From a virus (lineage: Duplodnaviria; Caudoviricetes): DNA of 64,000 nucleotides. Location of the stretch: IMG/VR virus record IMGVR_UViG_3300027969_000041, one strand, 5' to 3'. The notes beneath the pieces were generated by a model. That model saw only the letters and a program-made list of their open reading frames with translations. It made no database searches and was not told where the DNA came from. Of the stretch, positions 24,153 to 34,621 are shown one piece after another; the stretch's first letter is position 1, and every line of letters begins with the position of its first letter. The translations under genes were made by a program, and so were the position numbers.

Positions 24153-25615
24153 TATTGATATTTTACCTTTTCGATTGTAAAGGGGTACTTAGCCTCTTTA
24201 TAAAATTTCTTACGCTCTGTTAAATGACGTTTTGCGTATTTTGTACTTGCTGTGAAGTCCCATATCTGTACGAAGTCCTTGTCGTCTGCTTTTCGAATAC
24301 CTCGGCCAATCGACTGTATAACTCGTACAAAGCTCTTTCCGGGTTCCAAAAGAACCAGATTAAAAATCCTAGGGATATTAATACCCACAGCGGCCACACC
24401 GTAAGTCGCCACAATAATCTTGTTATCAGCCGTTTTAATTTCATCGTATTCTTCTTTTCTATCTTTAGTTTTTACTTTTCCAGAAATGAATACGCAGTCT
24501 GTTAAATTCTTTGTTAAGAATTCGCCACTTTCAATTCTGTCTACTAACACTAGTGTATTGCCCGAATCAGCAATACCATTAATTAATGAAGCAATATAAG
24601 TCATCCTATCTTCATTGGTAACAAGGAACTTTAATTCTTCAGCATAGCCGCCGAACTCTTTCCATTCAGCAGTTTGGATAACATTAACATGACAACCACT
24701 TAATACGCCTGCTTCTTGTAATTCGTGTGCCTTAACACGATGAACAACTTCTCCTAGGCTAGCACGAATACTTTGAAATTCGTGGTCTGCTTTTGGCACA
24801 GTTCCTGTTAATCCCCAACGAATAGGTGCGTTAGCTAGGTTACGGGTTAATAAAGTTTTTAGTACGTCGGCTTTGGCCATATGCACCTCGTCAACCATGA
24901 CACAGCTAACGCCGTCTAACAATTCTGTTAATCGGGCTAACTGTGTGCCGCCGTCAAATTCCTTGGAACCTTTGTCTAAAATATTCAAACTTTGCCAGGT
25001 GCAAATAGTATGTGTTTTATCTAGATTTTTTCTGTCTCCGTAGTACACACCGACATCTAATCCACAGTTAACAAAGTCTTCTTCTGTTTGTTCGACAAGT
25101 GATTTGTTGGGAACAATGGTTACTGTACGACCGTATTTTTCACAGATTTTTGCCAGTGTTGCAGTGGTAATAGTCTTACCGAATCCTGTGGCAATTTCTT
25201 GAATGCACTGAGGATTCTCAAGAAATTTATTGATAACTTCTACCTGGTCATCGCGTAATCTGATTTTTTCTCCAGCAAATCGATGTCCAACTGGCCATGT
25301 TTGATCACCCCAAAAATCCTCAAAAATTTCAGGAAAATCTAAGGCCACAGACTGTCTATGATCTTCTACCTCAATGTAATAATTTTTACTCTCAAGATAT
25401 TCTAGTACCTGTGGCAGCATTGACAGATAGGTTGTTCCGCCAAGACCAAAAAAACTTATAGTACCGTCCCATCTACCTAATTTATAGGCTGGTCGATACC
25501 GTGCTGTAGGGTCCTCGTATTTGAATTTTTTGACCAATGCCTTACGGGCATCAAGATCTAAATTTTCAATCTTAATGTTAACTTCGTCTTTGATTATAAT
25601 TTTACACGATGACAA
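24152..25615 (-). CDS. uvsW: SF2 DNA helicase UvsW
   Basis: ATGFGKT, VMVDEVH, GLTGT, YGVAAVGINIP, QSIGRGIR; probable TTG start 25615 (track extends to 25654). Confidence 0.92.
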   Translation of the reverse strand: MSSCKIIIKDEVNIKIENLDLDARKALVKKFKYEDPTARYRPAYKLGRWDGTISFFGLGGTTYLSMLPQVLEYLESKNYYIEVEDHRQSVALDFPEIFEDFWGDQTWPVGHRFAGEKIRLRDDQVEVINKFLENPQCIQEIATGFGKTITTATLAKICEKYGRTVTIVPNKSLVEQTEEDFVNCGLDVGVYYGDRKNLDKTHTICTWQSLNILDKGSKEFDGGTQLARLTELLDGVSCVMVDEVHMAKADVLKTLLTRNLANAPIRWGLTGTVPKADHEFQSIRASLGEVVHRVKAHELQEAGVLSGCHVNVIQTAEWKEFGGYAEELKFLVTNEDRMTYIASLINGIADSGNTLVLVDRIESGEFLTKNLTDCVFISGKVKTKDRKEEYDEIKTADNKIIVATYGVAAVGINIPRIFNLVLLEPGKSFVRVIQSIGRGIRKADDKDFVQIWDFTASTKYAKRHLTERKKFYKEAKYPFTIEKVKYQ

Positions 25616-26786
25616 AATTAAATTCCCGCTGTAATGTTTTTTCTGAATATACAATTAAATTTTCATGATTTTGCATGAAATCTCTAATTGAGTAATGTGG
25701 TGCTTCGAACCCCATATTAATTATGGAATGAAATCTTATATTAGATTTTAGCACAGGCTTAGGCATTTTGCTACTGATAAAGACAATCTTAGTGTTTTCT
25801 CCTAGTGGAGAATTTAGATCATTTTCTTTGACAAAATTATTGAAATTTCGGTCAATTTCGGCACCTAGCCTAAACATCACAGACATGTCATAATTTTCAA
25901 TACCTAGTGATTTCAAAAAATTATAGGCAACTCGAAGTTTTGCTAATTCATTGCCTCCCGGAATAACAAACAGAGTAGGGCCTAGATATTTTATAAAGGT
26001 AGAGAGGCAAGAAATTGGATCTTTTTCACTGTTAATGTGAAATTGTACTCCGGGATCCGAATCTAGAAAACTTTTAACAATTGGATCAATACCTAAACTG
26101 TCAAACTGATCAAAAATTTCATTTGACCATGTAGTGACGCCTTTTTGTCGTGCTTCAAACAAAGCCTGTATGGTGTCTGTGGCCTCTAATTTTGGCAAAT
26201 TTCTGGTAATATTCTTAAAAACTGGTCTACCGTTTTCAATAGCCAACATGGGTATAAATTCTTCCATGTGTTCTTTGATAGAGGTTACCTGTTCGAGGTA
26301 ATTTTGAAATATTTCGTCAAGTTCAAATTGCTCGCTGGAAAATAATCCCGATAAAACTTGTATGGAATTTTCAGTTAATGCGAAAATCCATGCTTTTTCT
26401 TCAGGTGACCATTGTGCATACTCTAATTGATCTCTATTTTTTCTAATTATGTTAACATAGGTTTCATTGTACGGAAATTCTACCTTAATAATTTTTCCAA
26501 ACTGAGGATGTTCATGTACACTAATTTTTTTAGTGTTATTAATTTGTCTAAATGGCAATCTATAGGTGGGATTTTTCAGAAAGATTTGAATATCCTTGCC
26601 TAATGCCGTAGTGAGTTGTACTGAGTATGTTTTTATGATCCGTAGTGCTACGTTACCTTGTTTTTCGGTGAAGCCGAGACCTCGACCAATTTGGTCTGTA
26701 AAACTATAGACAAGTTTTTCGTCCCATTGATTAGGTTTTACTGCACCAGTAAGGGCTATTGCAATGATTAAATCTTCTACGTTCAT
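25602..26786 (-). CDS. Hypothetical protein
   Basis: 394-aa ORF; TTGTGT-N17-TATACT promoter 5 nt before ATG. Confidence 0.75.
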   Translation of the reverse strand: MNVEDLIIAIALTGAVKPNQWDEKLVYSFTDQIGRGLGFTEKQGNVALRIIKTYSVQLTTALGKDIQIFLKNPTYRLPFRQINNTKKISVHEHPQFGKIIKVEFPYNETYVNIIRKNRDQLEYAQWSPEEKAWIFALTENSIQVLSGLFSSEQFELDEIFQNYLEQVTSIKEHMEEFIPMLAIENGRPVFKNITRNLPKLEATDTIQALFEARQKGVTTWSNEIFDQFDSLGIDPIVKSFLDSDPGVQFHINSEKDPISCLSTFIKYLGPTLFVIPGGNELAKLRVAYNFLKSLGIENYDMSVMFRLGAEIDRNFNNFVKENDLNSPLGENTKIVFISSKMPKPVLKSNIRFHSIINMGFEAPHYSIRDFMQNHENLIVYSEKTLQREFNFVIV

Positions 26787-26836
26787 AATCTAGTATAACA
26801 TAAAATAAGTAAGAACACAAGTCCTTACCTATTAAA

Positions 26837-27292
26837 TTATAAAGTGATATCTTCAAGACCGGCTGCACGGAGTTTGATAATATTGCTTAGTTGCCACTGT
26901 TTAATGTCTAGACCTTTGATAATACCCAGCCATTGATTTCGGAGCATGGCAAATTCATTGATAATTTTTTCCATATCAACAACATCTGCTTCTCCTTCAA
27001 CGTACTTTTCACAATCTCTGCTACTTAGGGCACGTTGATAGTTTTCTAAATATTTCTTAAAGGCTTTTGAACGAATACGCCTAAGCTCAATGTTGAGATA
27101 TTCTAGAATAGCTTCAATCTCTTGTAATTGATTAAATCGTTGTTCAACAATACCTGGCAAAGAAGCAGAGGCCCGTTCCACGTTACCATGAATCTTAACC
27201 TCTTTTCTTGCTTCTTCGATTTCGTTGTAGAAGTGATCTAAACAACTTGGGAGATGCGCTATGTCTTTACTGACTTTAGCGTACCAGGACAT
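26837..27292 (-). CDS. uvsY: Recombination mediator UvsY
   Basis: LSSRDCEKYVEGE...IIKGLDIKQWQLSNIIKLRAAG; next to uvsX. Confidence 0.85.
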   Translation of the reverse strand: MSWYAKVSKDIAHLPSCLDHFYNEIEEARKEVKIHGNVERASASLPGIVEQRFNQLQEIEAILEYLNIELRRIRSKAFKKYLENYQRALSSRDCEKYVEGEADVVDMEKIINEFAMLRNQWLGIIKGLDIKQWQLSNIIKLRAAGLEDITL

Positions 27293-27294
27293 AA

Positions 27295-27546
27295 TTAGTC
27301 CTCGTCTTCACCGTAGTCGTAATCTTCTTCGTCGATGTCATCATCTTCGTCTTTGTTTTCGTCAATGACTAATTGGATTGCATCATCTAAATGGGTATCG
27401 TAACCCATTAATCCTTCAAGTACCGATAACTCAACATCTTTGCCGATAAGGAAATCAACATAGTGATTGGCTGCGGTTTCTTTGTTTTTATCAGATACAT
27501 ATTCTCGAAATGTATCCCATACTTCAATGATTAGATCTTCTTCCAT
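27295..27546 (-). CDS. Acidic hypothetical protein
   Basis: Coupled between uvsX and uvsY. Confidence 0.7.
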   Translation of the reverse strand: MEEDLIIEVWDTFREYVSDKNKETAANHYVDFLIGKDVELSVLEGLMGYDTHLDDAIQLVIDENKDEDDDIDEEDYDYGEDED

Positions 27547-28613
27547 TATGCTTCCTCGCTGTCTTCTGTTACTACTGTAGTTTCAGTTTTCATACCATTC
27601 TTGGAAATATCTTCCATAATGATAGACAACCCTTCTTTTTCATTGCGATCCCATGCTTTGCGGAATTGTTTGATTACTTCGCCTTCAGCTGTTGTGTAAA
27701 CAAGACTATTGCCTTCTTTTTTCAACATACCTTTGGCTTCAAACAAATCAACTAACCCACTATGAGGACTCATACCTGTTGTATATGGAATTTCAACTTG
27801 TACACTCTCAAATGGCTTTGCATAACGAGTTTTCATAATCTTACAAGCAGAACGAATACCGTTAACTGTTGTAGTTTTGTTACCATCTGCATCTGTTTTT
27901 AATTTTAACTTACGCATAGCAACAACAATAGATGACGCATAAATGAAGCCTTGGCCGCCACTAATTTTGTCATCTGGATCAAACATATCTTGGCTAGCGT
28001 ATGTGTGATTTGTACAAACCATACCTACATTCCATGAACCAAACATGTTAACACAGTTACGAACAAGACTTGTAAGTGCTTTAGGTTTACGACCCATATC
28101 ACCCTTCATCTCACCTGCTTCAAACTGATTAACGTCTGTAGGTGTTAACAACATACCCAACGAATCGATTACAAATAACACCTTTGGTCGTTCACCGTCG
28201 GGCATAACTTTATATTCTTTCATGAATTCTGAGATAGTTTTAGCTACATCATCAATCATAGCCATGTTAAGTTTTAAAAGTTTATCATCGCTGGTATTAA
28301 CACCTAGATCTTTTAACCATTTTTCATCGAGGGCGTTTTCACTATCAACTAAGATAACAAAGATGCCTTGTTCCTGTGCTGCCTTAACAATGTTTCCGGA
28401 GCAGATATAAGATTTACCTGCGCCAGATTCACCAGCAAATACAGTTACCTTACCAAGCGGAACTCCTTTGTAGAAGTCGCCGCTGATAAGATAGTTCAAA
28501 GCAAAGTTACCTGTTGATATCCAGTCTGTAGGATCATTAAATCCAATTCCTAAGCCGTCGATAGACTTAGTGATAGATTTACGAAACTTTGAAATATCAA
28601 AGGCTTTTCCCAT
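27546..28613 (-). CDS. uvsX: RecA-like recombinase UvsX
   Basis: GESGAGKS, VDSENAL, VIDSLG, TNHTY, SGGQGFIYASS. Confidence 0.95.
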   Translation of the reverse strand: MGKAFDISKFRKSITKSIDGLGIGFNDPTDWISTGNFALNYLISGDFYKGVPLGKVTVFAGESGAGKSYICSGNIVKAAQEQGIFVILVDSENALDEKWLKDLGVNTSDDKLLKLNMAMIDDVAKTISEFMKEYKVMPDGERPKVLFVIDSLGMLLTPTDVNQFEAGEMKGDMGRKPKALTSLVRNCVNMFGSWNVGMVCTNHTYASQDMFDPDDKISGGQGFIYASSIVVAMRKLKLKTDADGNKTTTVNGIRSACKIMKTRYAKPFESVQVEIPYTTGMSPHSGLVDLFEAKGMLKKEGNSLVYTTAEGEVIKQFRKAWDRNEKEGLSIIMEDISKNGMKTETTVVTEDSEEA

Positions 28614-28625
28614 GTTTATCTCCTA

Positions 28626-29624
28626 TTATTGCTTGTTGCGATTACGAATCATCGCAATAATATCGGCTGCACGAGATCCTGCATCACCAGTTGCTGGAGC
28701 AGATGTTTCTGCCGCAACATCTTTAGCGGGTGTTGCTGCCGCAGATTCAAAAGGGATATCGTCTTCATCTACTGAAGCAGATGCCTTTGGTGTTGGTGTT
28801 GACGCACGTGGGGCAGATCCGGTTGCTTGTCCACTGCCACCGTAGCCCGCTGGCTTAAAGTATTGACCCCAGCGATCGCCATCATACGCTTCGCCATCAA
28901 CTGATGCCGCAAACATTTCTGCGATAACTTTGAGTTCAACTTCGCCTGGCTTCTTAGGTAGGAAACTCTTCAAATCATGAAGACCGTATTGTTGAATAGC
29001 CGCATTTTCTGCTTCGCTTAAAGCACGTTCACGACGAGCCCAAGTACTAGTAGAGTAGTCAGCGTAACCGCCTTTGCTAGTTTTAGCAATTTTAAAATCC
29101 AAGCCACGGACATAGTCTGTTGGCAATTCTTCAATTTCACTATCCATCAATGCGTTTTTAACAATGTTAAAAATCTGGCTACCGATGATGAATCGACGAA
29201 TTGGATTCTCGGGAGTCTTATCTTCCTGTAGTTTGCTGTCGCCAACAAAGCCTTGGAAAATATAAGATTTCTTTTTCCAGTACTTACGACCCATGTCTTC
29301 CAAAGACTTGTCTTTGAACCATGGACGAACTTCTGTCAATACTGGACATGTTTCGCCCCACATTTCCATACAAGGAACTTGCACAGTCACTGGCTTGGAA
29401 TTGGTTTCACCTTTAACACCGGCAAAGGGCAATTTGATCATTGCTCTTTCAATCCAGAAAAAAGTGTTATTTGGATCAGCGTCTGGAAGGAAGCGAACTG
29501 TTGTAGTCGAACCTTCTGGCATATTCCAGTGAGGGTAAATTGCGTTGTCTCCACCGCTTGCGCTACCGGTGTTTTGTTGAGATGATGCTTGAAGTTTTGC
29601 GCGAATTTCTGCTAACGTTGCCAT
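28626..29624 (-). CDS. gp32: Single-stranded DNA-binding protein (T4 gp32-like)
   Basis: VRFLPD, CPVL...YWKKKSY, GLDFKIAK...GYADYS, acidic tail. Confidence 0.9.
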   Translation of the reverse strand: MATLAEIRAKLQASSQQNTGSASGGDNAIYPHWNMPEGSTTTVRFLPDADPNNTFFWIERAMIKLPFAGVKGETNSKPVTVQVPCMEMWGETCPVLTEVRPWFKDKSLEDMGRKYWKKKSYIFQGFVGDSKLQEDKTPENPIRRFIIGSQIFNIVKNALMDSEIEELPTDYVRGLDFKIAKTSKGGYADYSTSTWARRERALSEAENAAIQQYGLHDLKSFLPKKPGEVELKVIAEMFAASVDGEAYDGDRWGQYFKPAGYGGSGQATGSAPRASTPTPKASASVDEDDIPFESAAATPAKDVAAETSAPATGDAGSRAADIIAMIRNRNKQ

Positions 29625-29678
29625 AATGTTTTTCCTTAATGTTGATTTATTATGCCTCTTCTTTAAAGCCTACTGACT

Positions 29679-29717
29679 AAAAAGAAAATGTGTGCATACG
29701 GTTAAGTATACACACAT
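29679..29717 (-). terminator. Intrinsic terminator overlapping a late promoter upstream of gp32
   Basis: 12-bp stem (ATGTGTGTATAC/GTATGCACACAT), 6-nt loop, then TTTTCTTTTT; TATAAATA at 29726-29719. Confidence 0.7.
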
Positions 29718-29757
29718 CTATTTATACACGCAACCTAAAAGGCTGCAATAATATGGT

Positions 29758-31983
29758 TTATTTTGCCAATCCAGCTAACTTCAAAATACTTTCCATTTCT
29801 AGTGAAGCTAGTGGAACAAATTGTTTACCATTCCATTGCATCACTGGAATTCCAGTTATCATTTCTTCAGGGTGTCCTTGGAATATTTCATGTTTTGCTT
29901 CTTCGGCTTCTTCAGCTGAGTCAAATCCTCCAGGTGGGTTGTATGGAGATTCACCTTCTTTGCCACTTGGACTGCTCATTACATAAAATTTTCCAGGTAC
30001 TAAATTACCATCAGCTTCTATATCTTCTTCAGCTGGCATAATGTTATTATTAAAATCTTTTCCACTTGTGCCTTGATCGCCAATGCCTTCTATTTTTGCC
30101 TTGATGTTGCCTACTAGTTCTTTTAGTCTTGCTAGCCCATCATCACCGTGACCGTTGGCTACTTTCCATTCCTGATTTTTCTTTTCCATGAATGCCAAAG
30201 CCATTTCTCTTGCTTGTTCTCCTGCTTGTTCACCAAATTGTTCTTCAACATCTTTCTTAATTTCTGTTGCTATATTTTCTTCAGCTCGGAAAGGAGCAAC
30301 ATCTTCGTTGGATATGTTATAGAAACTTTTAACTTTTTCTGCAATCATCCTAGTCATTTCTGTTTGACTGCCCTTACCTTCTTCCATCGTACCAGACGGG
30401 GGTTCTTCCGGTGCTGGCTCAGCAGGGGCTGGCTCAGCAGGGGCCTGTGTTCCGCTCATGCCTAATGCTACTAATAATTCTGGATAACTTTCTTTTGCCC
30501 ATAATTGAAATATCTGAACAGGGTCTGCTGTGTTGTCTAATGCTTTTGCCTGTTGGAATTTATCTGCTAGATCTTCGTCATTAATACCAAACTCGTTAAA
30601 GAAACTGTAAGCAGTGTCTAAGTCTAGTTGGCCTTCTGGTAAATCTGCCAATGCCTGTTTTAATGCCGCAACTTGATCATCTGTTAGTTTGCCTTGTTCA
30701 GTAGCATCTGCCCATTCTTCAAATTGAGCGAATCCTTCTTTCTTAGGAATGCCTTTTTGTGCTAATGCTCGAGCAGCATCGGTTCCGGTACGATTAGGAT
30801 TATTTGGTTTGCTAAAATTAGATTTTTCGTCTGGGTCAAATGGAGGGTCTTCATTATCTTCCTTGTCTTTGTCAGGAAAGTTTTGAGCGAACCTAGGGTT
30901 ACCTCTTTGTATAGAAGCGCCCTTCAGCAAGCCTTCTTCTACATCTTGTTCTGATACATAATCTTCAAGGTTTACTTTATTAGCTTCACGCATGATGCTG
31001 TGTAGTAGGGGAAAGAAACCAGCTAGTTCTTCTTTGAAATTTGTTTCTGTAAATTTAGACTTGTATTCTTCCATTGTGACAGCATCTAACTCTTGTAGAT
31101 CGTCTCCTGGCATTTCTTGTTCATTAAATTCTGCAATCCAAGACTCATAATGATGACGCTTGCTCAACGCTTCTACTCTTAATTTTAATTCTTGTAATCG
31201 GCCTACGGCCCTTTCTGTAATTCCCATAGCGTCATCATGTAAACTTGTACGTTGGATTTTTCTTTGAAATTCTTGTAGTTGAGCAATTTGCTCGCTCATT
31301 TGAATAATTGCTTTGCCTGCCGGATCATGCGGAATGCCACCGTGATCTACGTGTTGTGCCATGGCAAACGCACCCGCTGGATGAATAAATGGGTATTTAA
31401 AACGTTCACCGTCTTTGTTTTGAATAAAAATTGCCTTGATGTTTTTACGTTGACTTCGTGAGCCTGCATATTCTTCGTCTACTGGATTTGCGTGTCTTAC
31501 AATAACTTCTGTGTTGCCTTTAACTGCTCTGCTAGTTTTTGTTGTGCTTTTTTGACTCCAGCGGGATTCGTTCATTGTTGTATTCATTTCGGGTTCTTCC
31601 TTGGGGCCTTGTGTTGCGGCCAAATGTTGAAAATCGTTTTTATCAAGATTTGTTTTAGCAATATCGCGTGTATCAAACCGTAGTAATCTACGCATGGCAA
31701 ACATACGCATTTCTTTTAAGAAACTATACCAGATTTTCTTGGCAGGATCATCTTGATTTTCAGTAATTCCTTGACTGTAATAAATCTTTAAGCTACCCAA
31801 ATCATTTAAGCTAATGCTAACACGGCCTAGATCAGTGCCTTCGCTGACAAAGTCAAAATCAAAGAAACGTGCTTCTGCAGGGTCAATGGTAACAGCACCT
31901 GCTTCGTCACCCATTTCTAAGTTAGAGAAACGGCTGCGAATTTTGTCAAACAGGTCTTGGGCAATAATTTGGATGGCTTTCAT
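29758..31983 (-). CDS. Large acidic late protein, probable internal head protein
   Basis: TATAAATA 6 nt before ATG; low-complexity acidic stretches; C-terminal ILKLAGL motif. Confidence 0.7.
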   Translation of the reverse strand: MKAIQIIAQDLFDKIRSRFSNLEMGDEAGAVTIDPAEARFFDFDFVSEGTDLGRVSISLNDLGSLKIYYSQGITENQDDPAKKIWYSFLKEMRMFAMRRLLRFDTRDIAKTNLDKNDFQHLAATQGPKEEPEMNTTMNESRWSQKSTTKTSRAVKGNTEVIVRHANPVDEEYAGSRSQRKNIKAIFIQNKDGERFKYPFIHPAGAFAMAQHVDHGGIPHDPAGKAIIQMSEQIAQLQEFQRKIQRTSLHDDAMGITERAVGRLQELKLRVEALSKRHHYESWIAEFNEQEMPGDDLQELDAVTMEEYKSKFTETNFKEELAGFFPLLHSIMREANKVNLEDYVSEQDVEEGLLKGASIQRGNPRFAQNFPDKDKEDNEDPPFDPDEKSNFSKPNNPNRTGTDAARALAQKGIPKKEGFAQFEEWADATEQGKLTDDQVAALKQALADLPEGQLDLDTAYSFFNEFGINDEDLADKFQQAKALDNTADPVQIFQLWAKESYPELLVALGMSGTQAPAEPAPAEPAPEEPPSGTMEEGKGSQTEMTRMIAEKVKSFYNISNEDVAPFRAEENIATEIKKDVEEQFGEQAGEQAREMALAFMEKKNQEWKVANGHGDDGLARLKELVGNIKAKIEGIGDQGTSGKDFNNNIMPAEEDIEADGNLVPGKFYVMSSPSGKEGESPYNPPGGFDSAEEAEEAKHEIFQGHPEEMITGIPVMQWNGKQFVPLASLEMESILKLAGLAK

Positions 31984-31997
31984 ATGCTATATTTATA

Positions 31998-33587
31998 TCA
32001 ATAAGTACTGATGTAGATGGGCATGGGAAGGTCGTGATCTTCCATTCCTGTGTGATCTCGCATTTTATCGTAGATTGTTGGGTCCCATTCTTGCAACACT
32101 AAAACCATACGCATTACTAACAATAATGCAGAAACTAGGTCATCGTGCTGTCCTACTTTAGCTTTAAAAGTTATGCCCTGTGCAACAAATGTCTTCAATT
32201 CACTGACCAAGGTCTTACTGTTTACTTTAATTTGTTTGGATTCAATTAACTGTTTTAATTTGGCACAGGCATTAATTTTGGCGGCATGCGTAGTGTTAAA
32301 TCCCTTACGGAAACGACGAACATGGCCTTTCTTAATTGGTTCGCTTAGGAACAATCCCGGGAATGTTTCTTCACCTAATTCGTTCATAGAAACTAAGGCA
32401 GCTTCACCTAATGTGTTGTTTTCAACGCTGTAGTATATGCTAGATTGCGTACCTGCTGCTTGACATTTTTCGTCAATATGCTTTAATAAATCTCGTAAAA
32501 TTCTAGCTTGGGCTTGTACAGGAGTTAGGTTATGCTGCCATTCACATACTTGATCCATGCTAGGTAATTCCATAATCTGGATGGCTGCATAATCCCCACC
32601 TGTACCTAAGCTAGGATCTAGTGCCACAATATATGTGCTACTAGGATTGATCTTTTTATACCAACGTGCTTGTCCCATCTTCATAATAGGCTCGCGTCCT
32701 TCCATGTCTGAAAGACTAATACTGTTGATCAATGTTTCATCAAAGATCAAGAATTCACATTCGTGTTCTCGTTGGAACCGCTCATATCCCACACGCGACA
32801 CCTCTTCGTTTTTCCACTTTTCATCGCGGTCTGGATGCTCTGACCAAATAGCAATGCAAGGGTAAAATCCGTTTTTACCTAGTTCAGTGGAGTTACCGTG
32901 TTCGTCAAACCGTTTATTGGCTTCGTTCCAAATTTGTGCAAATTGATCTTCGTCACTGTTAGGAGTAGAGGTAATAATTGCTTTACCACCAGTTGCTAGT
33001 GTAGGTGAAATAGAAGTCCAAAACTCAACAGCAATATTAGGTTCAACATAAGCAAACTCGTCGCAGTATAGTAATGATACAGACATACCACGACCTGTTG
33101 TTTCGGTTGTTGTCTGTGCAACAATACGCGAGCCGTTGTCAAACTCTAAACTTTGTTTGTTATAACTTGTAACACCTGCACGGATAAAGTCAGGACAAGT
33201 TTCATATGCATACCGCAGGCGTTGCATAATCTCTTGGGCACCTGTGTATTTGTGCGCCGAGATAAGAATTGTACTATCGGGTACAAACATAGCGTACCAT
33301 AGCAAATAGCCTACGGCTGTTGTGGTCTTTCCCATCTGGCGCCCAAGCATATTTACACTGAATCTATGTCCGTGATAACTGTCTAACAAACGCTTCTGAT
33401 AAACAAAAGGTTTGTACTGTATCTTACCTTTTGTAGGATGTTGGATAAAGAAAAAGTTATCTAGGAAATATGCTGGACCGTCAATTATGTCGCTACATTT
33501 AAGCATGTGCTCAATGTCTTCTTCAGTCCAACGCTGTGTAGCATTGGCTTTTTTTACTAAATTACCGTCTAAACTTCTTGTGGCCAT
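31998..33587 (-). CDS. gp17: Terminase large subunit (T4 gp17-like)
   Basis: YQKRLL, GRQMGKTT, LLYCDEFA, IITSTPN, ALDPSLGTG, HDDLVSA. Confidence 0.95.
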   Translation of the reverse strand: MATRSLDGNLVKKANATQRWTEEDIEHMLKCSDIIDGPAYFLDNFFFIQHPTKGKIQYKPFVYQKRLLDSYHGHRFSVNMLGRQMGKTTTAVGYLLWYAMFVPDSTILISAHKYTGAQEIMQRLRYAYETCPDFIRAGVTSYNKQSLEFDNGSRIVAQTTTETTGRGMSVSLLYCDEFAYVEPNIAVEFWTSISPTLATGGKAIITSTPNSDEDQFAQIWNEANKRFDEHGNSTELGKNGFYPCIAIWSEHPDRDEKWKNEEVSRVGYERFQREHECEFLIFDETLINSISLSDMEGREPIMKMGQARWYKKINPSSTYIVALDPSLGTGGDYAAIQIMELPSMDQVCEWQHNLTPVQAQARILRDLLKHIDEKCQAAGTQSSIYYSVENNTLGEAALVSMNELGEETFPGLFLSEPIKKGHVRRFRKGFNTTHAAKINACAKLKQLIESKQIKVNSKTLVSELKTFVAQGITFKAKVGQHDDLVSALLLVMRMVLVLQEWDPTIYDKMRDHTGMEDHDLPMPIYISTY

Positions 33588-33601
33588 AATCTTATTTACT
33601 G

Positions 33602-33629
33602 AAAAAAATAGCCTCCGAAGAGGCTATTT
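33602..33629. terminator. Intrinsic terminator
   Basis: AAATAGCCT-ccgaag-AGGCTATTT with flanking A tract. Confidence 0.7.
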
Positions 33630-33647
33630 GGATTACATCCTAATGTA

Positions 33648-34619
33648 TTATTTTAGGCCTGCTAACTTTAGAATATCATCAGTTTCGATACTTTCTTTAG
33701 TGTTTTTTGCTGCTGTAGCAGAGTCGCCTGAGGCGGCCTTGCGTTGATATGCAGGCATATTAACTGGGTTCTTTGGATCTAGATCCTTCAAACGATCTTC
33801 AATACCTTCTTCCATATCATCTTCTACTTCTTCTTCCACTTCTTCTGATTCACCTATGAAAGATTTGTATTCTTTCATTAGGCTTTCAAATGCTGAAGGC
33901 TTGCCTTGTGGTTGTGTAGTATGGCGTCCATTACCATCTCCTGAATTGGAGTTATAATTTGTACCAAACCCATCTTGACCGTAACCCTGACGATCTTTAT
34001 TAGGATCGTTTGGTGTAGTAGAATACTGAGGACCATCATATGTTTCGTCAGTTTCTTCTTTGTCATCTTCTTCGCTGTCATCTGGTCCAGCTTCTGGTTC
34101 AGATTTTTCAGCATTGTGATCAGCTATGTCGTGATCCCCATCGTTGTCAATGTCACCGTGTGATTGACTAACACCATCATCGCTGCCTTGCTCGCTGCCA
34201 AATGGTGTTTCTTCTTCTCCATCTTCTGGATTTAATTTGTCTAAAACAGAACGCATAACTTCGCCGTCTGTTGCACCAGGGCCTGCGCCTGCATCTGGAC
34301 CAACTTCTGGCTCAGCAGTTAGTGCCATCATTGGCTCAACATCAATACCAGTGTGTTCTGGTTCAGCTTTGTTAATTCCTGCTAGAGACATAATATCTTT
34401 TAGCATGCCACTTAGTTCGTCGCCTGTAGCGGCAGTCATATTGATACTGGCAGGAGAGTGAGGTTGACTCATTCCACCCATACCGTCCATCATACCCATT
34501 GGGCCACATTCAGAAAGGCTTACACCTTGAACTGGTTTAACAACGGCAGCGCCTGTGTCAATTGCTGGATTAGTTGCATCTAGTTGAGCTAAACGCTTGA
34601 TTACATCGATCATTTGCAT
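33648..34619 (-). CDS. Very acidic low-complexity late protein, probable internal head/scaffold-associated
   Basis: D/E-rich; C-terminal DDILKLAGLK. Confidence 0.7.
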   Translation of the reverse strand: MQMIDVIKRLAQLDATNPAIDTGAAVVKPVQGVSLSECGPMGMMDGMGGMSQPHSPASINMTAATGDELSGMLKDIMSLAGINKAEPEHTGIDVEPMMALTAEPEVGPDAGAGPGATDGEVMRSVLDKLNPEDGEEETPFGSEQGSDDGVSQSHGDIDNDGDHDIADHNAEKSEPEAGPDDSEEDDKEETDETYDGPQYSTTPNDPNKDRQGYGQDGFGTNYNSNSGDGNGRHTTQPQGKPSAFESLMKEYKSFIGESEEVEEEVEDDMEEGIEDRLKDLDPKNPVNMPAYQRKAASGDSATAAKNTKESIETDDILKLAGLK

Positions 34620-34621
34620 AA

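Noticed and set aside
15884-33587. Inteins or introns in gp41, UvsW, UvsX or gp17
   Set aside because: All are contiguous, of ordinary length, with no splice motifs or embedded endonuclease.
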